A stretch of DNA of 64,000 nucleotides from Phoronis australis. Its lineage: Eukaryota > Animalia > Phoronida. This document shows positions 51,276 to 64,000 of the stretch, piece by piece. The stretch covers positions 227,196-291,195 of the forward strand of contig NMRA01000378.1 in assembly GCA_002633005.1 (NCBI GenBank), in the 5' to 3' direction. The stretch's first letter is position 1; each line of letters starts with the position of its first letter. Below the pieces are notes generated by a model, which was not told the origin of the DNA, did not search any database, and was given only the letters and a program-made list of their open reading frames with translations. Made by a program: the position numbers and the translations under genes.

Positions 51276-52529
51276 ACCTGTGACACTTAGTATCCGATAC
51301 TAAATTACTTTTTGGGTGTCGGAAATGTGTGTGTTATCTCTTGTAATTAAGGGATCTTATGTGAAATATTCATTTGTAGAGCTGTGACCCTGAAACTCCC
51401 AATACAACCTAAAATGTACATTATTGTTGTTGTTTTATTTGTCCCCAATAATACCAAACAAATTTTTGTCATGTCATTAATACCGTACATGTAGTTTTGG
51501 TATGAATGTAGGTTTTAAGCCATACCCATATACCCATTTATACAAATTGGTATCAAGTCAGAAATAAAATTCTTCAGGCTTTATACTTTCAAAAGTGTAA
51601 GGCTACTGAGTTAAATATTTTTAATTTTGTCAATATTTGATTAAATACACCGACAAGGCGACTGCGTCATACATAACTTCCATTTTGGATGTATCCCCCC
51701 TCACCAGTCCCTTTGTTCCACTTCAGTTATGAGGGACCCAAACCTATTTTCACTGACGCACGACATGGCAGTGGCAAAACCCTGTCTGAGACGTACAAGT
51801 TTGGTAGTGTTGTTATTGGTTGTATTTCAGACCCAGACACACCTGACAATTCTGCCAGCATGAGCACAAGATCCTGATAGGTGGTGAAACTTTCTAACTA
51901 TCACATCAGTCGGGGAAACATTCTTATTCTTGGAGTCTTTGCTTCTTTCTCCATTTTAATTGACAACGAATATTTCATCTTTCAAGGAACTCCATACTGT
52001 CATAGCTTTGCGGAAACTATTAGCAACTCAACAAACGTCGAGTACTAAGAAACACTTAAAATCATCATCAGCAGCATAACATTCAAGTAGACTTGAATTA
52101 TGGTTGACCTGCCGTAGAATGAGGTGTCCTTGCAGTGTAATAAGCCCTGCGTTCAAAGAGAATAACGTAGTGTGGTATCGTTACATCCATGTTGGAAAAG
52201 ACTTACATCTGGCTTAGAAACAAGAAATTTTATTACTCTGGTAACTCATGTACTTGATCACTGAACATCAATACAAAAAATAGGTTCACACCTGTGTGTG
52301 CTTCACGAGGTGTGAGTATACAAATGAAACATAGCAATTGTATTTACGGCCAAATCACAATCAAGGTCAATATTCGGTGGCCACTTTTGGTGAAAAATGA
52401 AGGATGTCATATAACTGTAAAAGCTGGATTATTTTCAAGTACTATCATTCCAGGTTTGTAATCTAAAATATTTTTGCACAAGAACCACCGAATAAAATGT
52501 TATGGCCTAATACATCGCAGTCGTATCAA

Positions 52530-54165
52530 AGGGTACGTACACTACAACTTGTGGTCACAACCCACTTCTACCATGCAAAAATTCATAAGGTAGCTGTTAA
52601 TTAAATAAGTTTTCGATTAAACTGAAGAAGTATCACGTATTAAAATAAGAAAAGTTATTACCGTGCTGATCAAGTTGTTCTAGATGATGATACATTGCAA
52701 ATCTTACTACAGTATAATGAGAACTTCCTTCTCTTGCAATATGTTTCTTACAAAAAAATGACAAGTAACTACTTTTTCAAAAACTTTATTGATGCTATTT
52801 GCCTAGTTTTCAATACATTCACCAGTTGGTCAAAATAGTTAAAGCAATGCTAGGCCCAGTGTTCCACCTGTAAACAGTAAAAAATGGTACTGGTTGGGGG
52901 TACTGTACGGGATGGTCTCGAGTTTTGTGGTGCCTCTACTTGTTGGTTTGTTGCAAGTTGAAGTGGTCTTGAGAGATAAATAACCTGCCTCTGCAACACC
53001 AGTTAACACACTTCTAGGATTTTCAGTACTAGCCAAGTCCTGTGTGGCATTTTGTTGTCCACAAATTTGATAATGTACATTGTTTTTTGTCAGACTGTAT
53101 TGATTTTGGAAATATCAATATTGTTCATGAGGACAACAGCTATGTGTAAAAATTCTTGTGGGCAAAACTTTATATAGCACAGAGGTTGAAGGTACATACA
53201 CTACATTTCAATGACTTTTCAGGTTGATAAAAAATAATTAAAATATACTGAGAGTTAGTTCATTTACCAATATTCAAAGAGAAAAAATGAAAAGTACAGT
53301 ATGCAGTCAGGTGCATATCTGTCATTCTTTGAAAACAGGCACATGTTAAAATATAAGGGTACGTACTCTACACAAATTCTAATATTACACTCAAAAAATG
53401 TATTTGTAATTAACACCCTTTTAACCTAGCATTTTTAATGGAGGAAGCTGTCTGTGACAAGTGTTGCTTACTCACTGTGTAATATTTTGTTTCATGGTAT
53501 TTATTCACATGAAGTACGTACACTGCACAGGGGTACGTACACTGCACAGGGGTACGTACACTACATTTCAATGACATGTCAGATTATAACTAAATACTAA
53601 GAATATACTGAGAGTTAGTTGATTTACTAAATCCGTTCAAAGAGAAAAAATAAAAAGCACAGCATTCATGTGCATATTTGCCATACTTTGAAAACAGGCA
53701 CAAATTAAAATATGGGGGTAGGTACACTACACAAATTCTAATATTTCACTCAACACAAGTGTATTGGCAATAAACACTATTTTAACCTAACATTTTAAGG
53801 AATGAAACTGTCTATGACCAATGTTGCTCACTTACCAAGTGATATTTTAATTTTATGGCATTTCTAAACATGGGGGTACATACACTACAAAAGGGGGTAC
53901 GTACACTACATCACTGTTTCTGCATCATATGGTAACATATGGCCATTTATTTTTCTTTGGTGATAATAAGCACCATGTTGTTATGTAAAAGGCAATAATT
54001 TTATTTGCAATGACCATTTGTATTACTGAATTCCTCATGGGTGTACGTACACTACATTTTGTTAGCCTTTTTGGCCCATTTTCAACATAGCAGAACCCAT
54101 TCAATATCAAAACTTTTGGTTTGTTTAGATTTTGAAGAATTTGCTGTGTTGCCTAGGCCGACATA
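52530..54165. mobile_element. DNA-transposon arm with repeated gggtacgtacactac motifs and a ~360-bp internal duplication
   Basis: Motif at ~52531, 53190, 53358, 53512-53565, 53716, 53873-53910 and 54040; candidate end gcctaggccgac|atat. Confidence 0.55.
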
Positions 54166-54639
54166 TTTTGCAGCTCTTTTCGTTAGAGAGTGTGAACTTT
54201 AGTTTTTAACCTTCTTTACAGTAGGTCAGGATTAGAAACACAGAATTTACAAAGTTTGTAACGAGTGCCTGTTTTATGATGAACCTTACTATTTCTGAAT
54301 GATTTAGCACAACTTCATATAATTGACTCTGAAAGTGACTAACGTTATTCCTAGTCATATCTAAACAATTGATTGCTTGATAAAATAAATTACTTTTCTG
54401 CTCTTGACAGTTGAAAATTGTTATTTTTAAGATGGCCACTCGTAACGCTAAAAATGCATGAAATTCAGAGACAAAAACATGCATAAATTTCTCAAAAATT
54501 GATGATTCTTTTTTAATTTGCACATCTAAATAACTCTTTGTATAATGAGATTCAGTTGGCATTTGGTAAGTGACCGTAACACAGTCAACTCTCGAATATG
54601 GACATTGATGGTGATTTAGCCGTTAATCCTTAGACATAC

Positions 54640-55660
54640 TTAGCACTTAACTATCATCAGAGTAACATCACTGTCAAAAGGAAAGCCTAATTCCATAAAC
54701 TAACATCAAAGAAGTACAGGAAAACACTTTTCATCATCAGTAAACATTGTTTACACAAAAAAATTTCACATAACACAGAGGTCAGTGAGGGGCTACGGAG
54801 AATACAAAATGCGAAGGTAACTATTAGTGGGAAGAAAATTACTAGACCAATGCAATAGAATTCATTTACTTGTCAATACTACTACGTCTGAATTACAAAA
54901 ACGGGAAAAAGGGAGATAATACCATCGTAATTTTCTTCACACTTGTGTACATGTAAATACAAAAATATAACATAATGGAAATTAAAATATTATCCTACGA
55001 CACACTCAGCTCTTAACTATCGTCAGAGTCACATCACCATCAATGGGGTGCCTATTTCTATCAACTACCCTGAAAGAAATGCTGGAAAGCACCTTTCATC
55101 ATCAGGAAAACATTGAATGCATAAATTTCACATAGCACAGAGGTCATGGAGGGAGCTACGGAGAATACGAAATATACAGAAACCTGTTTGTAAGTGAAAG
55201 AACACTTGAGCAATGCAATAGAATTCATTTACTTGTTAATATTAATACTTCTGAATGACCAAAGAACATCCATGTTTTATTAATAACCAGTTTAAACTTA
55301 AAAAGTAGATAAACTTGCCTCAAATCCCACCCATAAATATTTTTAATTGTTCTTTTCTTTGAGAGTTTATTTGTTCCCATTTCCTCAGTACATGCACCTA
55401 GACACAATTTTTTTTCAAACCATGTACCAACAATTCAAAGTTAGGAGCTACGGAGGATACAGGGGCTACGGAGAATACGAAAGACATTTTTGCTTATGAT
55501 TAATTGAAATCCAGGTCTTGATCTAATATTTTGGTGCGCCAAAAATAGCTTCAAGATTCCCAATGTGCAGTATCAAATTTCTTTTATTTATAGAAGAATT
55601 TAATGGAATTCAGACAGGGCTACGGAGAATACACAGTTTTTCTTAGGTGACTGTGACATT
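54640..55660. mobile_element. DNA-transposon arm with repeated gggctacggagaatac motifs and a ~366-bp duplication
   Basis: Motif at ~54789, 55153, 55445, 55463 and 55617; 54645-54890 is duplicated at 55011-55255; candidate end ggtgactgtgac. Confidence 0.55.
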
Positions 55661-58600
55661 ATTTGGTTGAGGAATCCAATCACTAGGGCATCTGGTACAA
55701 ATATAAGGTTTCTAACTCAAATTCTATATACCATTAACCATTAAAGACACAGTTCAAAACACTAGTAATGCTTTTCTTTTTCAGGCATGGATGTAAGAGA
55801 AGGAGCACATGCAAATTTACGTGTTTTACATAACATTGAAATCATTTTGCAAGCGTGCCTGAAAATTGTGTTTGACTTTTCACATCCCTGCAATTTTCTG
55901 AAGAAAGACAAGAAATACATGTTAGAACCATGAAAAAAACACTACATTGTGATTAAATGTGTGATTTAATTAAATGCCATGTGTATTAAAAACATGTAAT
56001 GTTTCAGTGAAACAAAATAACGATGGATTTCTGGCTATTTTCAGCTATATCAAGGATTACTCTGGCCATAATTAACATTTTTTCATACTTTAAAATGCAT
56101 AAATGTCATAAGTACCGGTGCTAAAACAAGACCATCATACAAATATCTGCCAAAGGTGAAGGAATTCTATCAATATGATTGCATAACATTTACAAATCTA
56201 TATTTTCACCCTGAGTGAAAAATGCCGATTGTGATAATGATTAATTATTGAACCTTGCGAGACGACAATAACTTGTTCTTTTACAATCTTCTTCAACATA
56301 CCTACGTCACTAGGATAACCAATAGATATACAATTGGTACACTGTCAGGTTCTAGCCCTTGTTTCGAGTCAAAGTTAACATGAGAGTCAATCTCAGATAC
56401 ATGTATGAAGGACCCAACGTGGTTATCTCAACAAATTTTGACAAGTTACCTCAAGAGGGCGCTCCAGTTTTCAGTTGACTAGATTACATCCAATGTTGAA
56501 ATCCAGATCATGTACGAGTTCTAGTTAACAATGGTTAAACAAATACTTTTGTTGATAACCAAGTAAAGGGCAAATTTAGCGTGTTAGCCGGTACCTGAAG
56601 ATCCCGTGGTTCAACGTATGTCAAGATTTGGGTCATGGGCATCGCAGGATTGTTTACGAAATTTATATGTACATTTGCTTAAGGAAAGTACAGTAATCAT
56701 GCTCCAGTTTGAAAGTTTTCTCGGAGTGCACGCTTCAGGTTGTTTTGTGTGATAACACGGTGTTGTAAACTATACGGTTGCCTTTCGTATATCGTTCCAA
56801 GAATAAGACACTTACTGAAGTGAACGAACAAGAAAACTTAAGTAGCGCCACCTGTTAGTTGAAAAAGTAAACAGTACTAGTTGGTGGTTACGAGAAATCA
56901 CTTCACGTGTCACTCAGCTGGGTGGCACTTTCCCAACCTCCTTCCCTAACGAAATTGTTGCGCTGTATTTCCAACAAAATCTATTTAAATTGAGACTTGT
57001 TTCTCATATTTTCTACAAAACCTTTTCCGACTTGGTTCCCCTTAAAACGATTTACTTTTAAGTACGAGACTTAACTGGAAAGATTGGGGTTCCAATTTCC
57101 AAGTTCAAACGTCTACATCAATGTTATATTGATTTATTTTGTTTGCAGCAGATCAACTCATTTGTCGATTGGTTTAGGAAACGGGATAAAAACGCAGCTG
57201 TACATAAGGTCTTACGAAAAAATAGGCTCCGAAGATATTTTTATGGCAGCTGGTGCCCTGTAAATCAGCCTCTTTTTCGAGTGCTATCTCAAAATGAATG
57301 AGTATCCTAATTTTTCACATTATTCAAACCCAGTTAGTCGAGCATCCTCTCTCGCAATTATGATCGATCAACAATCGGGTGAAAGAATCGAGGAAGTTTT
57401 AGCATAGCAAGTGGCGATAATTATTGGAGGATTCCCACATACTAATCTGGTTTTGTCAAAAACTTAACACCTCGTTTCTAGACGGAAGCTTACATTTACA
57501 CTACGTGTATTGACGAACAAAGCCACTCCATTATTTTTCACAGATCAAACTCTGAAATTCAATCACAACCACAAGTAAAAGACCAAAAAAGAATTTTATG
57601 AGCGTTTAAAAACACCAAATCGGACTTTTATGTGTGTTTAAAAATAACCATTTTTAAAACGAAGTTGGGTGGACCAATATACTGTATGTTGACTAGTAGT
57701 GCGGGATGTGCCGAATTCTTGAAAATGTGAGTTAAGGTGTCATTAACGGGACACGGGTTAGGCACCACGAAGTGAAAGACCGGTTACGTCTCTGCAAAGT
57801 TACTGTGCACTCTCCTTCAAAGACTGGGGTTTACATCGATATGCACTGAATGCATAGGGGCGCATACTAATACGTACATGTATTCGGTTGTTGACAAACG
57901 AATTGAACTCCTGATATTTCTTACATAGATTTTAACGATGTGAAAAAGTGACATGGCATTGGTAAGCAGGGATTAATCGTATTACATTGAAAAGCTTCGT
58001 CACTTCCGAAGATCTAAAGCAATAGCACAGACATGTCGCTTGCGCAACAAGACACCCTAAAACATGAACCTGATGCATTGAGCCCGGTAACAAAGGGACC
58101 ACATTGTGCGCAATGCACTGCATCATTTGAAATAAAACAGTTGGTATATCGCCCAGGGACTGTGCGCTTGTCCATGTACAACACACAGTTACCATGGACC
58201 GTGTGTACTTGTGAGTCTACATTCACAGCGCTTTACTTGGCTTGACAAAGGGAGTTCGGTGACAAAGCTATTTGAAGAAATGATTACCTTAGCGACAACA
58301 TAGACGATCGTTGTGTTCAGTTACAACATATCTGGTGAAACTGGGAGCACCGAGGCATCACTGAGGCCAGTTTCCACTGAAGTGACCGTAGAGTTCACGC
58401 TACACCACTGCGACACGCATATATACTTAAAACTATTTTATTCTTCTACACTGTACATGTATGTACATTTGTTAGAATGTAACGGTATATTCAGTCTTAC
58501 AATATTATAGCTATGGTGATATGACGGGATGAATACTGAGACCAGGGTTACTGACCTTGTAATTCCCAGCCACGTGTCAACAGTTCAAACCACACCTTTT

Positions 58601-59435
58601 AAACACACATTGACAACCAAATAAAACTTTTGAGAAGAGAAAAAATATAAAATTCTGCTGACCAGCTTGCGAAATGAGTGCATCAACCGGTGGAAGATTT
58701 TTAGGTCAGAGGAACAGAATGATTGATGGTTGGTTGACAGGACAACAATGGTTCGGTAGGTGCTTGCTTACTAACTGGGGAGTTTTATAATGACCGTTGT
58801 CAAAAAGCAAGCATGTATACATCCAAACATGCAGAGGTAGACCTTTACCATTTTCTATTAAGTGATATTATCCCCTCGGGCTCCGCCCTTCCTCTGCTGT
58901 GACGTTGGGAAATTCCTAGAGTGAAGCCATTTTGTTACTAACTTAAAATGTCTTTTTCCAAGGTATAAAATAAGAGTGCCATGAATCTGAATGTCGAAAT
59001 CTTCATATCGCAATATTTAATCATAATTCTCAACCTAACAAACCATTAACCATGACTGTAATGTTACGCTGATCGTGGAAAAACGCGCCAAGGGTTAAAC
59101 AATCAAATTTCAATAATAGCCAATCACATATTCAGCAGCATACAAGGTAAACGAGTGACTGACGAGGGCCCGAATAGATGAGATGATTTTTGAGACGTGT
59201 AAACTCTCACCTCTTCCTCATCAAGAAGTAATCGACCTGATTCCTTGTTAAAAGCCATCTTTTGCCTAGTCGCTAGAATCCTTGCGGTTCTTCTACGTGG
59301 AGTCTAGGACCAATACTCCCAGGTGGAGTGAATATTATACAGCGTCAAAACACACCCATGGATTTTACCAAAAAGTTTTGATGAGTCATTGCTTAAATAG
59401 GTCATCGACAGCCAACAGATGGCAGGTTAGCCAGG

Positions 59436-59505
59436 TAACCTGGTTCCCGGGCCTCACAAGATGACGTCACGGATAACCAACCTCGAGGGTCTGTGCAGGA
59501 GACTA
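59436..59505. mobile_element. 70-bp TA...TA mini-element flanked by a 10-bp direct repeat
   Basis: gttagccagg at 59426-59435 and 59506-59515; termini taacctggtt / caggagacta. Confidence 0.6.
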
Positions 59506-59514
59506 GTTAGCCAG

Positions 59515-59665
59515 GCGTGCGTTCAGTAGACGCTAGGACCTACGCTAGGAACTAGCTAAAACCTAGTCACAGTCACGTGCTCTCATATAAACTGCGTGGC
59601 AATATCTCACGTAATCTCGCGAAGTCTTGCTTTTTAGCGACGTTCTAGCGTTACTGAACGGGCGG
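59515..59665. mobile_element. Harbinger-like MITE
   Basis: cgttcagta-gacgctag / ctagcgt-tactgaacg inverted ends with cag on both flanks. Confidence 0.5.
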
Positions 59666-59931
59666 CAGGGTTAGTGTTTACTACAAATACATAATTTGAC
59701 TTCGACAACACTATGTATGTGACTTCTAGGCCCAGGCAAGCTCCTATTTCGGCCTTTGTATTATTCAGCACGGGTTTTTTAAATGCAACCTTCAAGCTCA
59801 TCGATTAACATTAATGGGCTAAATCGGTTCACGTATAGTCTCATGATCTCCAATGCGGGCGCCAGCATGCGTGTGACGTCACTAGATGGACAAAAAGGTC
59901 TTGGTCAACATTCACCATTCTGCGCAGAGCA

Positions 59932-61140
59932 GTACATGGACCGCCAACTTCGTGTACTATTCAAAGGACGAAATCTCTGCTTTTCCGCGCAAAGTTTCGT
60001 CATTTCACTAGCGAAAATTAGCCAAATTATCTGGAATCATTTACGACAAGTAGGCCTACGTCGTCGTCTGATAATCTTGGTCGGCTGTTGTGTGATTGGG
60101 TGGTAGTAGCATTGGTAAAAGTACTCACGATACTAACAGTTTTACTATTTTAAGATTTTGAACTGCGTTTCAATGTCGAAATTATTATTTTGTTTTTGTT
60201 TACATACTGGACAGTAAAATAGATGCGAAAAGTTTCCATAACAATGAACCAGGTAATTTAGTTGAGTGGCGTCGGAGTAGCGAATCTGTTGTCTATAATC
60301 TATATGATGTGACAAACTCCGTCTGCCCTGCTCCGGCCACTACAGGCCTCAGGCTTCGCTGAGCTCGTTTCGACACCGGTATTGCGGCGGCAACTCTATC
60401 TAGATTCGAGGTGTTCTATAATTTTCTCGTGCCCGGCAAGATTGTATTAAATTTGGGTGACTCGGGAGCTGAACACACAGCTACCTGGGCGTTTGCCTAC
60501 CTAGACGTACTAAAGGTTTTACCAGCGTTCTATTTATTTGTTAAAATCGCTGATCCAAATCCTAGCCAAATGTGCGCATTCTGTTGAGACCAACGGCCAG
60601 CGAAGAGTAATTTGGTTAATTCGCTCACTAGACTATGGCTGAAGTTCCTCGTGGGCACAGGAGTTCATGAGTCACTAACTTTGGAAGAAATTCAGAGGAC
60701 ACTTTTCGCCAAAAAGTTTACCAGAGTTTTCATAAAAACGGAGAAAACAAAAATGGATCTGTGAAAACAGGATTAAGTAGGCCTACCAGAGCCTCTAAAA
60801 AAAATCATCTTTAAAGTGCCCTGAACAATTGTATTAAGTCTTATTGCTTAACTTGGAACAACTGCGATTCACGTCAACACAAGAAATAAGTTTTTCTTCC
60901 CACAGTCGATTATGGGGTCTTCGGATTGTATGGAAGCTAACGCGTTTATATTTTGCCTGTGTGGCTGAACAACCGGCCACAAAGTAGCCGACCGTGATTA
61001 GCAGACGACGTAAGGTACTTGCCCGAAATTGCACGAGAAAATTTAGCCAGGTGTCGCTATTGAATAGTGGCGTAAGGGCTTGTGCATATGTACATATTTC
61101 GTTCATTGAAATATTACGGAGTTGGCGGTCCATATGTACT
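59932..61140. mobile_element. Element bounded by ~170-bp diverged inverted repeats
   Basis: atggaccgccaacttcg...cgtcgtctgataatcttggtcggct pairs with agccgaccgtgattagcagacgacg...cggagttggcggtccat. Confidence 0.6.
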
Positions 61141-62147
61141 ATAGTCTATGTTGAGACTAAGTTCAAAAAGTAACTTGCCAACAGTCAACTTGATAAAACC
61201 CGAAAAGACAAAGATGACCATCTATGGAAATTTCCATATTCACAAATAGGCCTACTTGTACAACTTCAGATAACAGTTTGAAAGTACATGTATTGTTAAC
61301 AATTCCTTCCTCAAAAATTCAACTCTAGCAATAACATTGCTAAGCCTTTGGCTGTACATGTGATACTTTCCCAACCAAATGAGAACATTCAGTTAATTAC
61401 ATCCGACCACTGAAAGGAAACACTCCGTCCGCGCAGGAAGAAGTTCATTTTTAAAAGCCTTTGAATTATGAAAGACCAGCACCCGTTGCCTAATTCATTC
61501 GAACTCAGTCGAAAATTTCTGCTCAAGATCGGTTACAGTCCAGATACGAACTCAGAAACGCCTGCCTAATTTTCATTCTCAAATCATTGCCGCGAAATTG
61601 AAAGAATTGTGAACACTGACAAGTGGAAGGTTTTTCACAACTTCATGTACAAGGATTGTCAACACAGCAATCATGACTATAAATGCTCGACAGTGAAAAG
61701 TACTGCACGATAAAAGCACTCCGAGACATCTCTTTGCAACAGCAATGTTCTAGCTTTAAGTGTGCCAGAATAATACGAGAGGTACTTGGAGAGCACGAGA
61801 CACGGTTACAACAACTCAGGAGTAGCCCGACAATAAACCATCTCATATCGTATTTAATGCATGTTCACTGTTCATAGCAAGGGTCAACCCTGCTACAGTC
61901 AAGCGGAAGTAAATAGGGCCGGATTGAGGAATTGTGAGGCCCGTAAGATAATTCGAATTTCGGGGCCCCTATACTCTCAAATCCAAACTAACTGGAATAT
62001 TTTCTACTTTAGAGAAGGGAGGCAAATGAAACGGCTTCTACCCCGACTAAAACGTTCTAGAACGCACCGCCAATTAAAGGTGTGCGGATTGTCGGCTCAG
62101 CTATCGTTCAACTCAAACACAGCCTATTGTCTGTGGTGGCCAGTGTA

Positions 62148-62152
<5 letters not shown>

Positions 62153-62216
<64 letters not shown>
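62153..62216. repeat. (AT)32 microsatellite
   Basis: Direct reading. Confidence 0.98.
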
Positions 62217-62218
<2 letters not shown>

Positions 62219-64000
62219 GCTCGTCTTAAATTTGACATTTTTGCACTTCGCACTAAAGATATTGTTGATAATAGGGGACGTCAACGGTTTCGTTTACGTA
62301 AAAGTGTGAGGCTGTTCAACCTTGTCTGTCCCATCATGCTTTTGAGCTCGTGTTTAATCTGACAGTCTCGGAAGTTCTGAAAATGATTGCCACATCAATT
62401 AGTAACCATAAGACACTCGCATACTCCTTTAAGAATCGAAAATTTCAACACACGCCTCCATGCAGGAGTCTGTTACATGCCTACACTTAACGCATTTCCA
62501 GCGGATCGTGACTTTCCCAGGTTGCCAAGATAACTTACTGCGATGAGTAGACTGAACTCATCACCGAAACTTTCTCCCTAAGGATATTTCTTGACGAGAG
62601 TAGATGGGATTGTTGCACTTTCGTCGACATGTAAAGCTTGTAGCCTTGCAGTGATCTTAACTTGACTCTACAACCTTCCTTGCTTCAAATAGCAAAAAAC
62701 AACAAAAATTCCACAGGGGTCGCCAAAATACTCGAATCCGTCCGAACATCATAGTCAGGCATGGTCTTCTCATCAGTAAGACATCAGTCTAAGTCATGAA
62801 GATCCTTTGAGCAGTTTGGCAGTTAGGAATGCGGGTGTTAAAAACGTTCTCAAATTTTAAATTCCCACCAGTTGGCGCACAATACTCAAATTCGTCGGCC
62901 GCATACGGGAAGGCATCATGGTCTTTTTAATACGTTTTTGAAAAAATATAAAACTCCAAAGATACGGAGGCAAGTGTAAAAAACCAAAATTGCCATGGAG
63001 GCAGAGCTATAGTACTTCGATACGTGTCGTCGTTTTCGTCTGTCGTCCGCAACTTCATAGGACTGAACACATCTACCAAATCTCATTGCGAGAGTCTTTC
63101 AAGGGTTAAGTGGAAGATACAACCATAGACAGTGGACTCCCAGACAGAAATGACGTCAGTATTCACCCGCATATAAACATGGGAGTGCTTAATTAAATCA
63201 CCAATACATTCTGCAGCAACCTATCAACAACAAAGAAAAATGACCATTATTTGTGTAATCCCCGCAAAAATGCGAGGTATTTATTACTTGCTTTTTCGTT
63301 TCCCATGATGATGTGTAACTTGTTTGATATTTACATCAAAAGATTTTCCCCATCATTCTGCAGTCCCTTGTACACCACAATTAGCCCACAGCAACTGTAA
63401 GAGTTAATTGTCACTGAAAGTCAGCCACTGCAACGCACTGCTATTAATAACCTGTCTTACTCATATACTGTTTCGAGTACTAAACTAAGTCATGATTACA
63501 TTTGAAAACCCAGGTTGTCTATGGCAGTATTAAGATCACAATGCAAGGCAGTCCAGGGATGGAAACACATCCGCAGCTCGGGCACACGCCCATACCACAC
63601 GAGCCAAAAGAAACTTTACCACACACGAAACTCTTGCTTAGAAACCTGGGACAAGGCTTTCGTGTTAAGAGTGGGTCTCCACCACCCTACCCTGCCGGAG
63701 TATACAAAAACACACCGTGGTTTATGGAATAGTGTCCATGATCACAGTACACATTGTTGTAAAACTTTTCACTTCCTACTCGCAACACATTCAAAAACCA
63801 GGACCCACAATTTCAGGCTTCTAGGATTTGATACGTCACTAGACTTGCATGTACCTAAAAACATCTAAACAAGTAAGCGGAGAAACTACAAGCCCATTCC
63901 ATAACCTGGTTAAACAGGGGGTTGGCTGTGATGACGTAAATGAGAGGTGGACAGGTGGTACATCAAGATGACACTTGATGACAAGGAGCGGCGAAGTGGC

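Noticed and set aside
61861-62362. ORFs with YIYIYI runs
   Set aside because: Translation of the (AT)n microsatellite.

Overview
Eukaryotic, AT-rich, repeat-dense genomic DNA. It is probably from a marine invertebrate (inference from the transposon spectrum and abundant TACATGTA) and comes from a scaffolded draft with single-'n' joins and one N gap. Two host genes are supported, both on the minus strand. The first is an intronless ~933-aa LRR + LRRCT + Ig + hydrophobic-tail surface protein (12381-15182). The second is a spliced ankyrin-repeat gene (about 35676-47463) that the ORF track misses because each repeat is a separate 90-102-nt phase-0 exon. Its middle exons form a recently expanded tandem array (36.2-38.5 kb) whose near-identical copies differ mostly at the target-binding positions of the ankyrin fold, with short stop-containing candidate exons in between; this is the most interesting signal. 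The rest is mostly mobile DNA: a broken APE-RT LINE, a Crypton tyrosine-recombinase fossil, nested Helentron-associated (HINE/DINE-1-like) elements whose core repeats carry CTCF-like motifs, THAP remnants, MITEs with 5-bp and 10-bp target-site duplications, foldback elements and simple repeats. No CRISPR array, rRNA or intact tRNA was found.
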